From Eledone cirrhosa (lineage: Eukaryota), in the NCBI GenBank assembly GCA_964016885.1, contig OZ024743.1:341434001-341498000 (forward strand): a DNA stretch of 64,000 nucleotides. The letters run 5' to 3'. Below, piece by piece: positions 42,055 to 56,179 of this stretch (positions are counted from its first letter, which is position 1; each line of letters begins with the position of its first letter). The notes below the pieces were generated by a model that worked only from the letters and a program-made list of their open reading frames with translations, had not been told where the DNA came from and made no database searches. Made by a program: the position numbers and the translations under genes.

Positions 42055-44430
42055 GTGTGCAAATACGTAAAAAAGGGTTCCGATGCTACCATGCACGACA
42101 ACAAAGAGATTCTGTCTGGCAAGGTCTCCAACTTCCAACACGGCCAATACATCAGCAGTAACGAAACAATTGGATTCTCATTTCAGGCCCATTATCCACC
42201 GGTGCAAAAGCTTGATGTCCATATTCCAAATGATGAGCGAATATATCTTACAGCCCATAATGCAGCCCCAAAATTCATATCGCCCAGAAAGACGACTCCG
42301 CTAGCATTTTTTGAACATTGTAGAACTGACAATTTTGCATGAACTCTACTATAGGGAGAAATACCATCCTACTACACCTTTCATAAACAGAGAGGAAAAT
42401 GGAATCAACGAAAACAAGGAAGATCAGTAGAAAACCATCCTGAAATTCGTAAAGCAGAAACACTACGTATGGTTTACACCATGCATCCAGGACAGCGTGA
42501 ATGCTTCCATTTAAGGATGCTGCTTAATGACGTTAAAAGCCCTGAAGTGTTTGATGAAATCTTCAAAGTGAATATCGCTGTTTATGACACCTACCAAGAG
42601 GCTTCCTTGCGGAGATGTCTGTTGGAATATGACCATCAAAGAGACACAATATCTACAGAAGCGTCTCTTTCTCAGACCGCCAAAGTATTCGACAATTGTC
42701 GAATTAATAAATTCGTCATTAATAAATTGAAACCTAACCAATCCGTGGGCGCTTGAAAACCAATGGTATAGATACATTTTTTAGACGAACATAATTACAC
42801 CGAATTGGCTGAGATGGAAAACAAACTGGTGACAAAGAATGGACCTGATCTGCATTTATTAGGCCTTCCTCTCATCGATGGATCTAATTTTTATAGACTC
42901 GTGTTCTGAATGATCAACAAAATCCCAGACCTCTTTCGCTTGTCAAGTGGGGTGGTCCTCATTAAATCTTACCAAGGAAACAATTTTTTCCTTGGTCTTT
43001 CCGTTGCTGATACTATCTACCAGTTGCAACTCTTAGCAGAAGAAGCAAAGTGAAATAATGTGTCTTGCTCAAGAAAACATCGCACCATCCGCTCTGAGAT
43101 TTGAACTCGCAAACTTTACGATTGAAAATCCAACTCTGAAACTATTAAACTACATGCCTTCACATTTTATGGACTAAGGAGAGAAATTATGATAGAAATG
43201 TTATACAACGTAGAGTACATCATCTCCCATGCTAACGAAAACCTGCCAAGACTATCTGATGATCAAATAGCAGTATATAACATTGTACTTGAGTCAATTA
43301 CGTACTAGAATGGTGGCCTATTTTTTATCGATGCCCCACGTCGGACAGCTCATTTTGCTTTCAATTTAGACTTGGACATCTGTTTCAATGAAATGTTCTT
43401 CTGTCATATAACGTAGGACTCGGAGCCTACCCATGTGTTGCAATGATGTGTGGTAATTTTGGGTGTTGAATGCACAATGGCTCACACTTATGTATTGGAA
43501 GCCTTGAATAGAATACTGAATGGTATCCGGAGCCATACAACAATCATGGGAGGAATCATTGTTGTTTTATCAGGGGACGCCCGACAAACTGTACATGTAA
43601 TATAAAAAGGGACGCGTGACGATCACGTTCGAGCTTGTCTAAAATTTAAGAACCAGAATACGAGCACAAATTCACGGTGATAACATTTTTGCGGAGGTTA
43701 CTCAAATGGTTCTGAAACACTGTGGAGGGAAATTATCCCTTGATACTGAAGAATGTTTAGCTTCTTCATTATGTTGTACTGTTGTGGAAAGCGTTGGTAG
43801 CTTAATAATCAAGTGTTCCCCAATTGCCAAATCCATTATTCCAACGAAGAGTGACTATGTGAAAGAGCATTCGTTGCCATCGAATACCATCAACAAAAAT
43901 ATCTCATAAATGATCGCTGGAGGAGGCCATAACTATAAATCTATCCACAAAGGTGTTGACGGGGACGACGCTGTTCATTATCGCATTAAACAGTCTGGAG
44001 TCATCCGGTATCCCGCCACTCAAACGTGAATTGAAGATGGACGCAGTCATCATACTTCTCAGAAACCTGGATCAGCCACGATTAAATAATGTTACACGTT
44101 TGGACTACAACGTCACATTATCGAAGCCCAAACCATCATAGGATAGGGTAAGGAAGACAGCATATTCATACCTGGAATACCGCTAATACCAACAAATGAA
44201 CATTTTCGTTTCCATTGACTGCAACTCCCAGTGAGAGTCATTTACGGAATTTCCACCAACAAGCCCCAAGGTCAAACGCTGCAGGTTGCGGTCTCCATCT
44301 AGAAAGGGTTGTTTCTCGCATGGTGAATTGTATGTAGGTTGTTCCAGAGTAACATCCCCTTACAAACTCTTCATATATGCTCCAAGGAAAAAAGTTTAAA
44401 ACCTTCTATTAGTTGAGGTTCTGTAAATGT
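42055..44430 (+). pseudogene. Helitron Rep/PIF1-helicase remnant
   Basis: CKYVKKGSD, YISSNE, VYTMHPGQRECFHLRMLL, LFFIDAP, GDARQT, LNSLESSGIPP..IILLRNL..PRL, NKPQGQTL and FSHGELYVGCSRV, with many stops and frameshifts. Confidence 0.88.
43080..43160 (-). mobile_element. Decayed tRNA-derived SINE head inside the Helitron remnant
   Basis: Minus-strand A-box-like TAGTTTAATAG and B box GAGTTCAAATC. A similar head lies at ~53745-53805. Confidence 0.45.
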
Positions 44431-44669
44431 TTTATAATTTTCATACAAAACATTTTACTCTTAGTTTATTTACTACATATTGTATTTAGATATTCTAAAT
44501 AAACTTTTAAAATTATGTTATGCAGTATTTGAATACCTTTCCCCACCTCTTTTTATGTTAAGGAAAATGAGTATTATGATAGATGCTAATATAAGACTTA
44601 TGAATAGATTTGAGCACAGTACAGAACGGCAGGTGAATCAGGATGCCTTCTAATATATATTTATATAAA

Positions 44670-45690
44670 TATAACGATAAATTAACGGAGTCATAGACTC
44701 TCTCCATTCCCTGTAAATAATGTGCTCAAAGGAGAGGAAACCTGAGCTCTTTAAAATACAATATGTTGAAAAGGTAACACACTAGAGAGAGAGATACAGT
44801 TCACTATCAATAAAACAGGGAAAAACCACCAGTGTATGGAATCTATAACCTACGAAAGGCAGACTATAGACACGATAATTAAAAATATAAATTAAAGCGT
44901 AAATAAATACCTCTATAACTATATAACACACGTACAAATCCAAAGAGATCTGTTTCGCTAGTAAGTTGTTGACAGAAATGAAATAACCCCGGTTCATCAG
45001 CGTGTGTAAGGCTATACATTTCAGACTACACTAAGAGAATTTTAAAGTGACTGTCCAGCTACACCTGGGAGAGAGAAAGCACAGCATGTTTAAGGGCAGT
45101 GAACCAGTGGCCTCTCAGGGACGAGCTGCTAGAAAGGGCAGCCCAAAACCACTCAGAGAAGTGTGCTCAACCAAACAGAGAGAGAGGAAAGACTGTTATA
45201 AGGAGCGAAATATCACGATAAATTAACGGAGCGATAGACTCTCACCATTCCCTGTAAATAATGTGCTCAAAGGAGAGGAAATCCTGAGCTCTTTAAAATA
45301 CAATATGTTGAGAAGGTAACACACTAGAGAGAGAGATACAGTGCGCCATCAATAAAACAGGGAAAAACCACCAGTGTATGGAATCTATAACCTATGAAAG
45401 GTAGACTATAGACACGATAATTAAAAATATAAATTAAAGCGTAAATAAATACCTCTATAACTATATAACACACGTACAAATCTAAAGAGATCTGTTTCGG
45501 CAGTAAGTTGTTTTGTACGTGTGTTATATAGTTATAGAGGTATTTATTTACGCTTTAATTTATATTTTTAATTATCGTGTCTATAGTCTACCTTTCATAG
45601 GTTATAGATTCCATACACTGGTGGTTTTTCCCTGTTTTATTGATAGCGCATTGTATCTCTCTCTAGTGTGTTACCTTTTCAATATTTTGT
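44670..45690 (-). mobile_element. Non-coding Penelope-like element: direct partial tandem plus inverted tail
   Basis: 44674-44970 is repeated at 45215-45512, and 45513-45685 is an inversion of ~45305-45479. Confidence 0.75.
44926..45007 (-). ncRNA. Type I hammerhead ribozyme with full helix III
   Basis: ACACACG-CTGATGA-(imperfect helix II)-GAAACAGATC-TCTTTG-GATTTGTA-CGTGTGT gives a 7-bp stem I and a GUA triplet. Confidence 0.72.
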
Positions 45691-45839
45691 ATAAATATAT
45701 ATATGTTCATTTTTGGCATTTGTATACATTTTTGAGACGGTAGAGGAATTATCTTAGACGATAGGAGAAGTAATATATGTATGTTTCTATGTATGTTTCT
45801 ATGTATACATGTATATATTTATACATACATATATAAATA

Positions 45840-45957
45840 TAATTGTTTCTACTTTTGGCACAAGGCCAGCAATTATTCCAGTGTATTACTGGTACTTTAT
45901 TTTATCGACCCGTTAAGGATGAAAGGCAAAGTTAACCTCGGCGGGTCTTGAACTCAG
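45840..45957 (-). mobile_element. 5'-truncated SINE
   Basis: Same family as 11319. Confidence 0.8.
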
Positions 45958-46112
45958 TAAATATAATACTAATGAAGACGATTTGTTATGTCTTCATTAC
46001 GTTTATTACTCTCCTGTGGTAATGACAAAATGAACTTGTAGGGCGTAGAAAGGTCTATAACGAGATTCAGATTCATTTATGGTGTTCAGTTAATGTTACT
46101 AGTCTTGCATCA

Positions 46113-46160
<48 letters not shown>

Positions 46161-46206
46161 AAGTAAAATAAATAAGTCAAATGTTTAAAATTTAGCTTCG
46201 TTTATT

Positions 46207-46261
46207 ACTGCTATATATATTTCGGTGACAGCCATCTTTGGCTGCAACCTCTTCAGGCAGT
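46207..46261 (-). ncRNA. Minimal type I hammerhead ribozyme
   Basis: ACTGC-CTGAAGA-GGTTGCAGCC-AAAGAT-GGCTGTCACC-GAAATATATATA-GCAGT, followed by AATAAA. Confidence 0.82.
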
Positions 46262-46544
46262 CCGAATTAGTGTGGTATAGACAAGTACATATCTTGTTGA
46301 GGTGTATAATTTTGTCAATACTCTGATATGCCCAGTTCCTGGTTGGGTTGTTATTTCACTGAGCAACTGGAATCATATGAATTCAAACAAACACATTTCA
46401 GTGTCAAAGGGCCTCTTCTCCTCTCATTGGTCAGTTGTTAGAACATTCCTCATTCAAAAGTCTATAGAAATTCGTTCTGAGGCAAGCCAATCTGTTGTTC
46501 TTGTTATTGTTAGGTACATCTGACCTCAATTCTACATATACTCA

Positions 46545-46585
<41 letters not shown>

Positions 46586-47154
46586 ATGGAAAACGGAAAA
46601 TCAGTAATGCATCGGAACTCAGTTTATTGTGTGTTACAATTGTTTTCCCGGCGAACAGCTCGAGGTGCGATCCGTGTGAGGATCTACCTGACTCTTAATA
46701 TATGTATATATTAAATGGAACGTTGAATGCTCAGCTATATCGGAAATGAAATTACCCCGCTCCATCAGTGTTGTGTTTCTTCAGGATACACATTTTCCAA
46801 ACGATTCCGCTCAGTATCATACAGCCATATCCAGTATAAAATGGTTGAAACAACATATAGGAAACAAACATCTGAAAGCAAGGACATTGATCCGATAGAA
46901 AAGTTATGGTTAAGAGGTAAAAGACTGATATCAGTTTTCAATACTCAATTAATTGAAGCAATCTTCAATTCGTTGGTTAGAGACATAAATCCTGAGAATT
47001 TAAAGCATATTATTATTTTCATGAAATGCATGCGGTTGTCAAAGCAAAAGGTTATCCTTCTAAATACTAATATAAACCGTCACGCTAAATAAAATATAAC
47101 CTAAATGAAATACTCCTTTGTTATGTGGTTGTTTCATATACCTCTGATTTTGAC

Positions 47155-48275
47155 GGATGTACATGTATTTTAATGTACATTCTCAGGATAAATAACATCA
47201 ATCTGAAAGTAGCATGTGTCGTAGAACAGTCAAATATACTTTGAAGTTAACTATAAAAATAAGAGGTGTAAAGACAACAAGCAAAATCAAGGGAAGAAAG
47301 TTCCATGATAATGGCTACTGTTAAGTCGAGTCAAAGAATTCTGTAATGGATATGATACAATTTTATGCTGATGAAATCTAAAGCAATGTGCGTATATTTA
47401 GAAGAATTCTCGTGTATCAGAGAGGGTAATGGATTACAAATGCAAGTAATGTTATATTATAATACAAAATTTGCGTGAACAAAGATAGGGTGTGAGCATG
47501 ACAACGTTGTCACATAAAGTATTGAAGAAGGAAAATGTCATTTACACCATAGAAAAGTCTAGTATCAAAATTGCTAGCGTAATATTTGGGCTAAATTTAA
47601 TATATATGTCCAAGCGGAAATTTAGCCAGTTACAGAATTTTATGTAATTATGCAGTTACTCGTGGGTTAATATAATATAATATAATATAATATAATATAA
47701 TATAATATTATGTAATATAATTTAGGCAATTACTGAACTGTAGATAATTAGGCAATTACCCGTGGGTTAATATATAATATAATATAATATAATATAATAC
47801 AATATATAATTTCTATCCATTATACTAAATTTTCAATTACACATATACATTGAATGTAACCCAAATATTACACTAGCAATTGTTATACTAGACTTTGCAA
47901 TAATTTATTTAACCCCAGTGTGTTATACTCACATCCTATCATTTATGAGAATCTTGTATTATAATACAACATTATTTTCCTTTTTAACCCAGCATCCTCT
48001 CTGATACTCGGGAATTCTTTTAAATCTACGTACATATGTTTAGATTTCACCTGTATAAAATTATTTTATACCCATTACAGAATTGTTTGAGTCGACTCAA
48101 CATTGAATGTACCAGTAGCCATTATCATGGAACTATCTTCCATGGATATTGCTTGTTGTCGTTACACCTCTTATTTTTATAGTTAACTTCAAAGTATATT
48201 TTACTGTTTTATGACACATGCTACTTTAAGACTGATGTTGGTTACCCAATAAATATGCATTAACATACTTGTACA
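47155..48275. mobile_element. Long fold-back element (~480-bp imperfect inverted arms, (ATATA)n core)
   Basis: For example, AAATATACTTTGAAGTTAACTATAAAAATAAGAGGTGTAA at ~47232 is inverted at ~48161-48200. Confidence 0.75.
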
Positions 48276-48582
48276 TCGATCTAAATTGAATATTTAATAC
48301 CCGAATTGGTAGACATTACTTATCGCCTATATGTATGTAATAAGTGATTTCTAGCTTTTCGGGTATTAAATGTTTTGAAATGCTGAAATGTCCAAACGAT
48401 TTATGTCTTCTGTGGACAAGATGAAATACGTTCTGAGTGGCGTGTAACAAGAAATGCTTTACCCATGATAATTTGCTAGCTCTCCGTTGAACATTCAGTA
48501 ATGTTAATTTATTGCATGATGTCACCACAGCAAGGAACTGCTTAAGCATTGTCTTGGTTTGTTTTGTATTTTTTCTTGATAC

Positions 48583-51273
48583 CGTAGCAAGATGAAGCCA
48601 CCTGGCGGCTGGCTTTAAAAACAGACTATTAACTGCCCTTAGATCTGACGTCACGTTCTGACGTCATTAGCTAAAGGCTGTCTCTTCTGATATTGACTTT
48701 CATGCTAACAAGCCGCGTATGTTTGCCTGTCGCATTAATAATGCACCATGCGGTCACCGATACATTTCAATGCATTCCCTTGTGATAATATCTGACACGA
48801 AGTCAAGGAGTAACATATGTATTAACCTGTCTCGTTGGGAGAGCCGAACGCTACTCGTTACAATGCTTTTGTCCATTCTTTATTTCAGTGATAAAAATGC
48901 CTATATATATATAACTCATCGAGGTATGTCTTTAATGAACTGTTTATCGTGCATACACCTTACAAAAAACCTATGTATCAACATGTACAAAGACATATTG
49001 TAAATACCTGGAGTCATGAAACTATTCATTTAGTATGAATCCATTTTTTGTACTCAATGTTTCATTGTTAAATTCTTCCCAATACAAAAAATAGCGAGAT
49101 GTTCATTTAACCAAACTAAGGAAGAGAACACCCCTTCTAAATTGGTTGACCCCCAACGTTGAACACTTTTAAATGGCAACCTTCTGATAACACATTTGAC
49201 TTTTATTTTTTTTAACAAGCAGTTATCTTAGCGAAACTTATTAAAAAAAAAATATATGTCTATATTGAAAGCTATAGCGGTAATCAACATTATTGAACAT
49301 TTACAGTCAAAAACAAACAAACAAAAAATTATATGTTCTGTTACGTTATTCTCTGTGCAGTGAATATAAAAAAAAAATTAATAAGCAACATTTTTGAATA
49401 TTTTAAAACAGACAAGACAGAGGAAATTTATTTTTTGTAATGGCCGATGATTTTCCCGCCAATTGTCTTTCTTCTCCGAAATGCAGCCATCTGATTAGCT
49501 GAGACGCATCATGTGGTGCCATCTCCTTCTCCAATTCAAAAACAGAAAAACAAACATTCAATTTTTCTGCCTTAAATTATTGTGACTTGTCGATTTCGGA
49601 TTTTGCATTTCTTCTTTCTTCATGGAAGATGAGGGAAATTTCTGTTGTTTTTCCGTTGTTCCAAACATCTAACACGCGTTGCATTTCTTTACTTGGATAT
49701 CATTTAGTATTTTTTATGTGGAACTGATATATGCTAATGATGAGTAGTCCTAAATTACCTGCGTTCTCCGGTGAGCCCAAGCTCTGGTTTGAGCAACTGG
49801 ATGCATATTTTGCTGCAAATGGAATTAAAACAGAGCAGAAACTCAATGTTTTGATTAGTGGTATACCTTCGTCACTCGCCATCACGGTGAAGAATTTAAT
49901 AACGGACCCGGCAACCGGTACTTTGTATGATTCGTTGAGGACGGAAATATTAAGGAGAAACTGCTGTTTTGCTGAAAGCAGGTTTCGTGCATTATTGGAG
50001 GACGAGTGTTTAGGCGACAGGTCGCCGTCCGAATTTTACGCCACATTCGGGACCTCAGTGAATCGCAGTCCCAAGGGATATTGCCTCGTGGACCCATGTG
50101 TTCGTAAGAAACGATGCTGTGAGACCACCTCTCACACAACCGTACTCTGGACCCTACCGTGTATTAGCTCGTTCTGATAAATATTTCACTGTAGACATTA
50201 AGGGATCCAGAGAGACCATTGCGGTTGATAGACTTAAACGGGTCCACACAGATGCGCACACACCTGAGCCACATACAACCCCTCCCACTCTTTTGCACAC
50301 ACACCTGTTTCTTTGCCCCCCCCCCCCCCCCCCATCACCAAGATACAAGACCACGACCCGTTCCGGTCGAAGAGTCCACTGGCCCAAATAAATCTTCCAC
50401 ACTGTTATTATAGGAACAAGGCCACTGGAGCCTTTTTGGAAACAAACTGCGTCAAACTGTATAGCACTGTATATTTTTAAGCTGCTATTGTGCGGCTCTT
50501 TAATCCTGTATTTACTATTTGAACTATTTGAACTTTTAAAAATTCTATTTACATTTTCTTTTCTCGTTCTTACATGCTTGTTTCATATATTTTTGAAATT
50601 TGATATACCTTTCATGCTTAGTTGGGCTGATTGCTCCTTGTTTTAAATGTTGTGCTAGTGGCTCATCATCTGCCTACATACATGGTCCATTGAACCGAAT
50701 TTTATTTTTTTTTAAATCTGGTGGGAGGCCATGTAGTAAGATGGCGCCACCTGGCGTCTGGCTTTAAAAACAGACTATTAACTGCCCTTAGTTCTGACGT
50801 CCTTAGTTAAAGGCTGTCTCTTCTGACATTGACTTTCATGCTAACAAGCCGCGTTTGTTTGCCTGTCGCATCAATAATGCACCATGCGGTCACCGATACA
50901 TTTCAATGCATTCCCTTGTGATAATATCTGACACGAAGTCAAGGAGTAACATATGTATTAACCTGTCTCGTTGGGAGAGCCGAACGCTACTCGTTACAAT
51001 GCTTTTGTCCATTCTTTATTTCAGTGATAAAAATTCCTATATATATATAACTCATCGAGGTATGTCTTTAATGAACTGTTTATCGTGCATACACCTTACA
51101 AAAAACCTATGTATCAACATGTACAAAGACATATTGTAAACTATTCATTGAAACTATTCATTTAGTATGAATCCATTTTTTGTACTCAATGTTTCATTGT
51201 TAAATACTTCCAAATACAAAAAATAGAGAGATGTTCATTTAACCAAACTAACGAAGTGAACGCCCCTTCTAAA
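48583..51273 (+). mobile_element. Internally deleted Gypsy LTR retrotransposon
   Basis: LTRs are 48583-49141 and 50732-51273. There is a PBS-like TGGTTGACCCC at ~49143 and a PPT-like GGTGGGAGG before the 3' LTR. A gag fragment (PKLPAF..LWFEQLDAYF..LGDRSPSEF) is joined to an integrase tail (PYSGPYRV..VDRLK..TRSGR). Confidence 0.88.
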
Positions 51274-51779
51274 TTCTATACAATTTGTGTTAAGTACTTA
51301 TTAGAACTCATTGTTGGTGTGTTTAGCATGTTTGTATGTTTATATTTAGTACGTGGATATTATGTTTTCCCCGGAACTTATTGCCATAGGTACTGGTTAT
51401 GTAATAACTCGGGATTTGGTCCATCCTTCTCTCCAAATTTCTATATCTAGAAAATTTATCTATTTCTCTTAAAGATAAAGTGCCGTCTGTTAAGATTAAT
51501 CCTTCGATTGGGAGATACACTCTTTTCTGGAAAACAACGTCTCGCTGATTAATCTAAATCACTGTGTCTCAGGAGATTAGCATATACATAATATGGTTAT
51601 ATTGTCATTCGTCCTGTCATTCTCTAACGTGTGATTATGTCAATCCTTTGCTTTTTGTAATTCCTAATGCTTGCACACTTTCCCACCAATGATAAACTTA
51701 TCTCTCTATTAACCATACACCAATTCTTTCTTTAATACTGTATGATCTATTGATTATTCTCAAGTTCTATGTATTCTGT

Positions 51780-52450
51780 AATTATTTATTGCATTTTGCT
51801 CCATTTACAAAATCTAGTGGTTTCTGATGAGGGCGCCTTGATCCTATGATACCACGAAGAATACGTCAATATTAGCGCCTGTCCATCTCAGTAATGTGAC
51901 TTTTTCTTTGTCTATTTACACCCAGTTCAGTTTTTTCCCTTTTTTTCTTCATATTTTCGCCGTGTCTTTTTTATATATAAAGCTAATGCTAATTTTCCCT
52001 ACACGTTGTTTATCAAGTGACCAAGCAATAACGATTATTCAACACACCCTACATCCTTTTACTGAGTATAACATTCGTTTGGTTCATCATGTCCCATAAT
52101 AATTTGATGTGGATGTTTACAAAGACACTTTCTGGTTTGCGATCATACTACTTCTTCGTATGTTCAAATTCAAACGTTTTACACATGGCAAGATTGTCAT
52201 GTCTCCAGTTCTTATGTGTTTGAGCAAGCATTTTTTACATGCAGAAATCCCATGTACCAATGTTTCATCTATCTCTTTCACTACATATTCTGTGTGCAAC
52301 TGGGATATATTTTTCTGATATATTTCGTTCTGATTGTCTGATCTTGCATGGCCTCGATTAAGGTTTCTGTACAATTACTTCTCATTTCGATGCTATTATG
52401 TATATCGGAAAACGTTTCCCGTGTAAGTATTTTCTGCTCATATCGTTGCG
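51780..52450 (-). pseudogene. Possible heavily decayed Ginger/Gypsy-like integrase
   Basis: Weak HHCC-like (DIHNS..GHARSD..CKKC) and GSRRPHQ-like remnants. Confidence 0.25.
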
Positions 52451-52619
52451 TTCTAGTTTTAAGGATTTCGCAGGCCCATTCACAATTAGAACTGTGCATT
52501 TTATCTCGATTCATTTGATGTTAAACATGCCTTACCACATGCTTTCATATTCAGGGTAAAACATATCACTATACCACACCTCTGTACGCAGAGGCGCGAG
52601 ACAGGAACTACAGTTCAAA

Positions 52620-52980
52620 TTAGACGACATTCAATAGATAACAAGAATGTGGATCCGTTTAATACCTTGTTGCTTAAGAAATATCGTGTGCATATTAATG
52701 TAGAAGTTTTCTCTTCGCTAAAAACCATCAAGTACAATTTCGAATATATTTACAAGGGACATCTTTGTGCGTCTATTTAAATAACCGATAACTCATTACT
52801 TAATGATGATGAGAACCAACACAACCACAATGCAATAAGAAATTATCTTGTTTGGTAGTATGTGTCTCCGCAGAAGCAATGTCGTGTCTCACTGAATTTA
52901 GGCTTCACAATATATATCACATACAGTGTACAGGCTAGCTATACACATAGAGAACCAAATGAGTTTACTTTCTAAGACGC
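52620..52980 (+). pseudogene. Helitron Rep-domain fragment
   Basis: DNKNVDPFNTLLLKKYRVHINVEVFSSLKTIKY..EYIYKG and VYRLAIH.EN. Confidence 0.75.
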
Positions 52981-53016
52981 AATGCTCAGGTCACGGTAAA
53001 AATACATGGACATTAT

Positions 53017-53210
53017 GGGTGGATTGGCAGTATCGATAGAAGATCGGAAGCCATGCTTTGCAGCATAGAGTTACGGTCCTTTACGATTTGACTTTAAAAG
53101 CCTCCGAGATTAACTTTGGCTTTCGTCCTTACGGGGTCGATAAAATAAAGTTCCAGTGTTGCACTCGGATAATTGCTGGCCTTGTGCCAAAAGTAGAAAT
53201 AATTATTATT
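53017..53210 (+). mobile_element. tRNA-derived SINE
   Basis: Same family as 11319. A truncated copy lies at ~54612-54722. Confidence 0.8.
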
Positions 53211-55532
53211 GATCCTGGTTTTAATTGGACTTTGTGAGGTTCCATGCTGATTATGGCTAAGGATAGCGTTAATGGTATGTGTGGCACTGGAACAGTCAGC
53301 CACATACACGTTTATTCAAAGAAAATGTCCAGTTGATCGAATAACTGAAGACTCGTCGTCGAAAACACGATTTACATTAATTTCCTCTGTATATATTGGT
53401 ATGTAAAATTAGGTTTTTCATATTGTAATCAACTTCTTTCTCCGATTATATTACAACATCTGCTACAAAAACAAGTTTACTTTTTATTATCTCCTTCCTT
53501 ATAATTCACTAACATCATAATTCGTTGTTTACATCTTATTTTTATCAATCACGTTATCCAGCACATATAATGATCAGCTCATTTCTCTCCGACAACGGGT
53601 TCCAACTTAATGATAAACAGCTCTCTTCCTCGCAGCAGAAACATTTATAGCAACATTTATTCCAATATCTGAAAACGTTACACATACTTAGCGAAACTAA
53701 TCATTAATACATACCACAGAAAGAAAAGAAAATGCTTTCTACTGCGACTGAATGTGTGATCGAACCCGGAACCTAGTGATTGTGAACTGAAACATTCAAC
53801 CACATGTGACAATTGTCGACCATGTGATCAATATGCAAAGTGTTGTGTTATTGGTGTAATTAATTTAATTAACATATATTATATATGAGACTCGTATACT
53901 AATATGTTTGCTAGACTGCTAAGCATTTCCTGTCTACCGAAATAGTAAAACTACACACACGCTCACACACAGATAAATACATGCATACATACATATGTAT
54001 ATTGTACATAATTACATACACATTCACATACCCACACATATATTATATTATACTAACAGAGGTCCTCAGTGTTACTCGGGTATTAAATAGCAGTTATGCA
54101 TAGCATTTATGTCAATAAATCAGTGCTGCTTCGAAAACTATACTTTTACAAACTCATCTGCTTTTTTCAACTGGTCCCCTACTCAATATGTGCCTATTCT
54201 GGGAGTTCACATTCATCTGTAGAACAAACGTAGCCCATGTGTCAAGGTTTGTGAAAATCGGTTGCGAACTCCAGAAGTTATGACGTTTTGTTGCATTGCA
54301 CTGCAGTGCTTCAGTCGACTCCAAGGAAGTGGTTAAAGGGGTTATCTGCCGGGAGGCTTATAATTAATATCTGGAAAAATGAAAGAGCCCATGACCATCC
54401 GTAGTACATAAGTAACCTATGTCTTAAGTTTGGTGAAAATACTGTAGAAATGCATAAGGTTTACACACACACACGCGCGCGCGTGTGTGTGTTTGTGCGT
54501 GTGTATGTATTTGTGTGTGCGTATCTATATGTATGTGTATGTCCGTCGGCGCATACGTAAGTACTGGCCTAAATCTTCACTATTTACTTTTACTATTTTA
54601 AGGCAAAGTTAAAATCCTGTCGAGGTTAACTTTGCCTTTCATCCTTACGGGATCGATAAAATAAAGTACCAGTAATGTACTGGGTATTTGCTGGCCTTGT
54701 GCTAATGGTAGAAACAACTATTTTAATAAACTCTGTCATTTTCGTTTACAATTTTATTTACATCATTCTTAAACTCAGGCCTGGAAATCATTCGGTTATT
54801 TTAAATAGAATATTAGTCTAACGACTCCATTAACACCATATACTTGGTCTTGTCTTTGCATGAAATTGTTCTTCTCGATCCACATAACGACGTATTGTCC
54901 TCGCTTTTCTTCCGTTCATTACCTGGGAACGTTATCACGAACCAAAATATCGTCTCCTGTTTTCCTTTGGTTGCAACGTTTCTCGAAATATTTAATTCTG
55001 CGTTCACAGATTGAATTTATTAGTTTAAGAAGATGCCGTTAATGTTGAACGATTCCTTTCTTTCTTTCTTAACCACTCTCCCTTTGTTTCTAATACCCTC
55101 TCTCTCTCTTTCTCTCTCTCACTCATAACCCCTCTCTCTCTCTTTCTCTCCCCCACTCATAACCCCTCTCTCTCTCTCTCTCTCTTCCTCTACAGAATGG
55201 AGAACAATAAAGAACGCGCAGATCTCTCTCTCTCTCTCTGTCTTTATATATATATGTGTTTGTGTGTGTATGTGTGTGTGAACCAACGTTCGTCGCCATT
55301 CTCTCTCTCTCTCGCTGTCTCTATCTGATTATCTTGTACCTCTCTCTGTATAACGACCTATCTAACTCTCTCTCTCTCTACATCTCCCTTTCTCTCTTTA
55401 GATGTGTGTGTGTGTGATATATATAGAGAGAGAGAGTTGCAACATGTATGTAGTTTCATAGATTTTTGAGGGTAGTGAGAATAAAAATATAAACAGAGCA
55501 TATAAACAAATTTACAGTAGAATAACATAACA

Positions 55533-55579
<47 letters not shown>

Positions 55580-55581
<2 letters not shown>

Positions 55582-56160
55582 CTTTCTTTATTAACCACAG
55601 GGGTTTACACAAAGTAGACATTAAGGACAGTACAGGACAATACAGGACGGTACAAAAGGGCACTTCTGCGTGTAAAAAACAAAAAAAAACAGAGGATGTA
55701 ATAATAGAACAATGAAAAAATTCCCCAATAGGGGGGAAACTTCCGAGGGCCATCAATTGTCCTCTCCCAGTTTTCCACCTTCAATTTACAGGCATATACT
55801 CAGAGTAGGTCCACTCACTCGGGCCATTCTTGCCTCTCTCACCCATCTTTCAACAAAAAGCTGGGAAGAGAGCACCTCCCTCTCTACCCTGATTTTCCTT
55901 TCCAAATGAAATTGGAAAAAGTTAATCAGGGCATCATCGAAGAGGTAAGTGATCGTCTTCAGCTCTTTCATACGTGGCCACCATGCTATCTCTTTCGCCA
56001 TGGCCACTAGACAGATAAAAACTGTCTGCCCTTCCCGGCTAAAGGAAGAAGGCGGGGCAATCCTCACGATGGACTCAGCTGATAGTCGGATCCGTTCTAC
56101 GCGCGACAGCAGGTGTTCGACATAAACCCACAAGTCAGCAATGCTCGGACACTGGACGTG
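55580..56160 (-). mobile_element. Tx1-like LINE 3' fragment
   Basis: Homologous to ~9955-10573, with a (TAA)n tail on the plus strand. Confidence 0.9.
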
Positions 56161-56179
56161 TGCAGCAGGAAATAATAAT

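Noticed and set aside
48719-49003. Duplicated 94-aa ORF (also 50855..51139) as a gene pair
   Set aside because: It lies inside the two LTRs and has no recognisable motif.
51820-51870. CTGATGA as a hammerhead core
   Set aside because: There is no helix II followed by GAAA and no stem I.
53340-53375. CTGAAGA...GAAAAC hammerhead-like string
   Set aside because: Helices I to III cannot be formed convincingly.
54050-54470. Possible non-autonomous Helitron-like element (TATACTAAC start, AAGTTTGGTGAAAAT motifs)
   Set aside because: It is a single decayed copy whose termini cannot be established from this window.
55180-55225. Possible splice acceptor or host exon after a (CT)n tract
   Set aside because: The pyrimidine tract is a microsatellite, and there is no supporting ORF or donor site.
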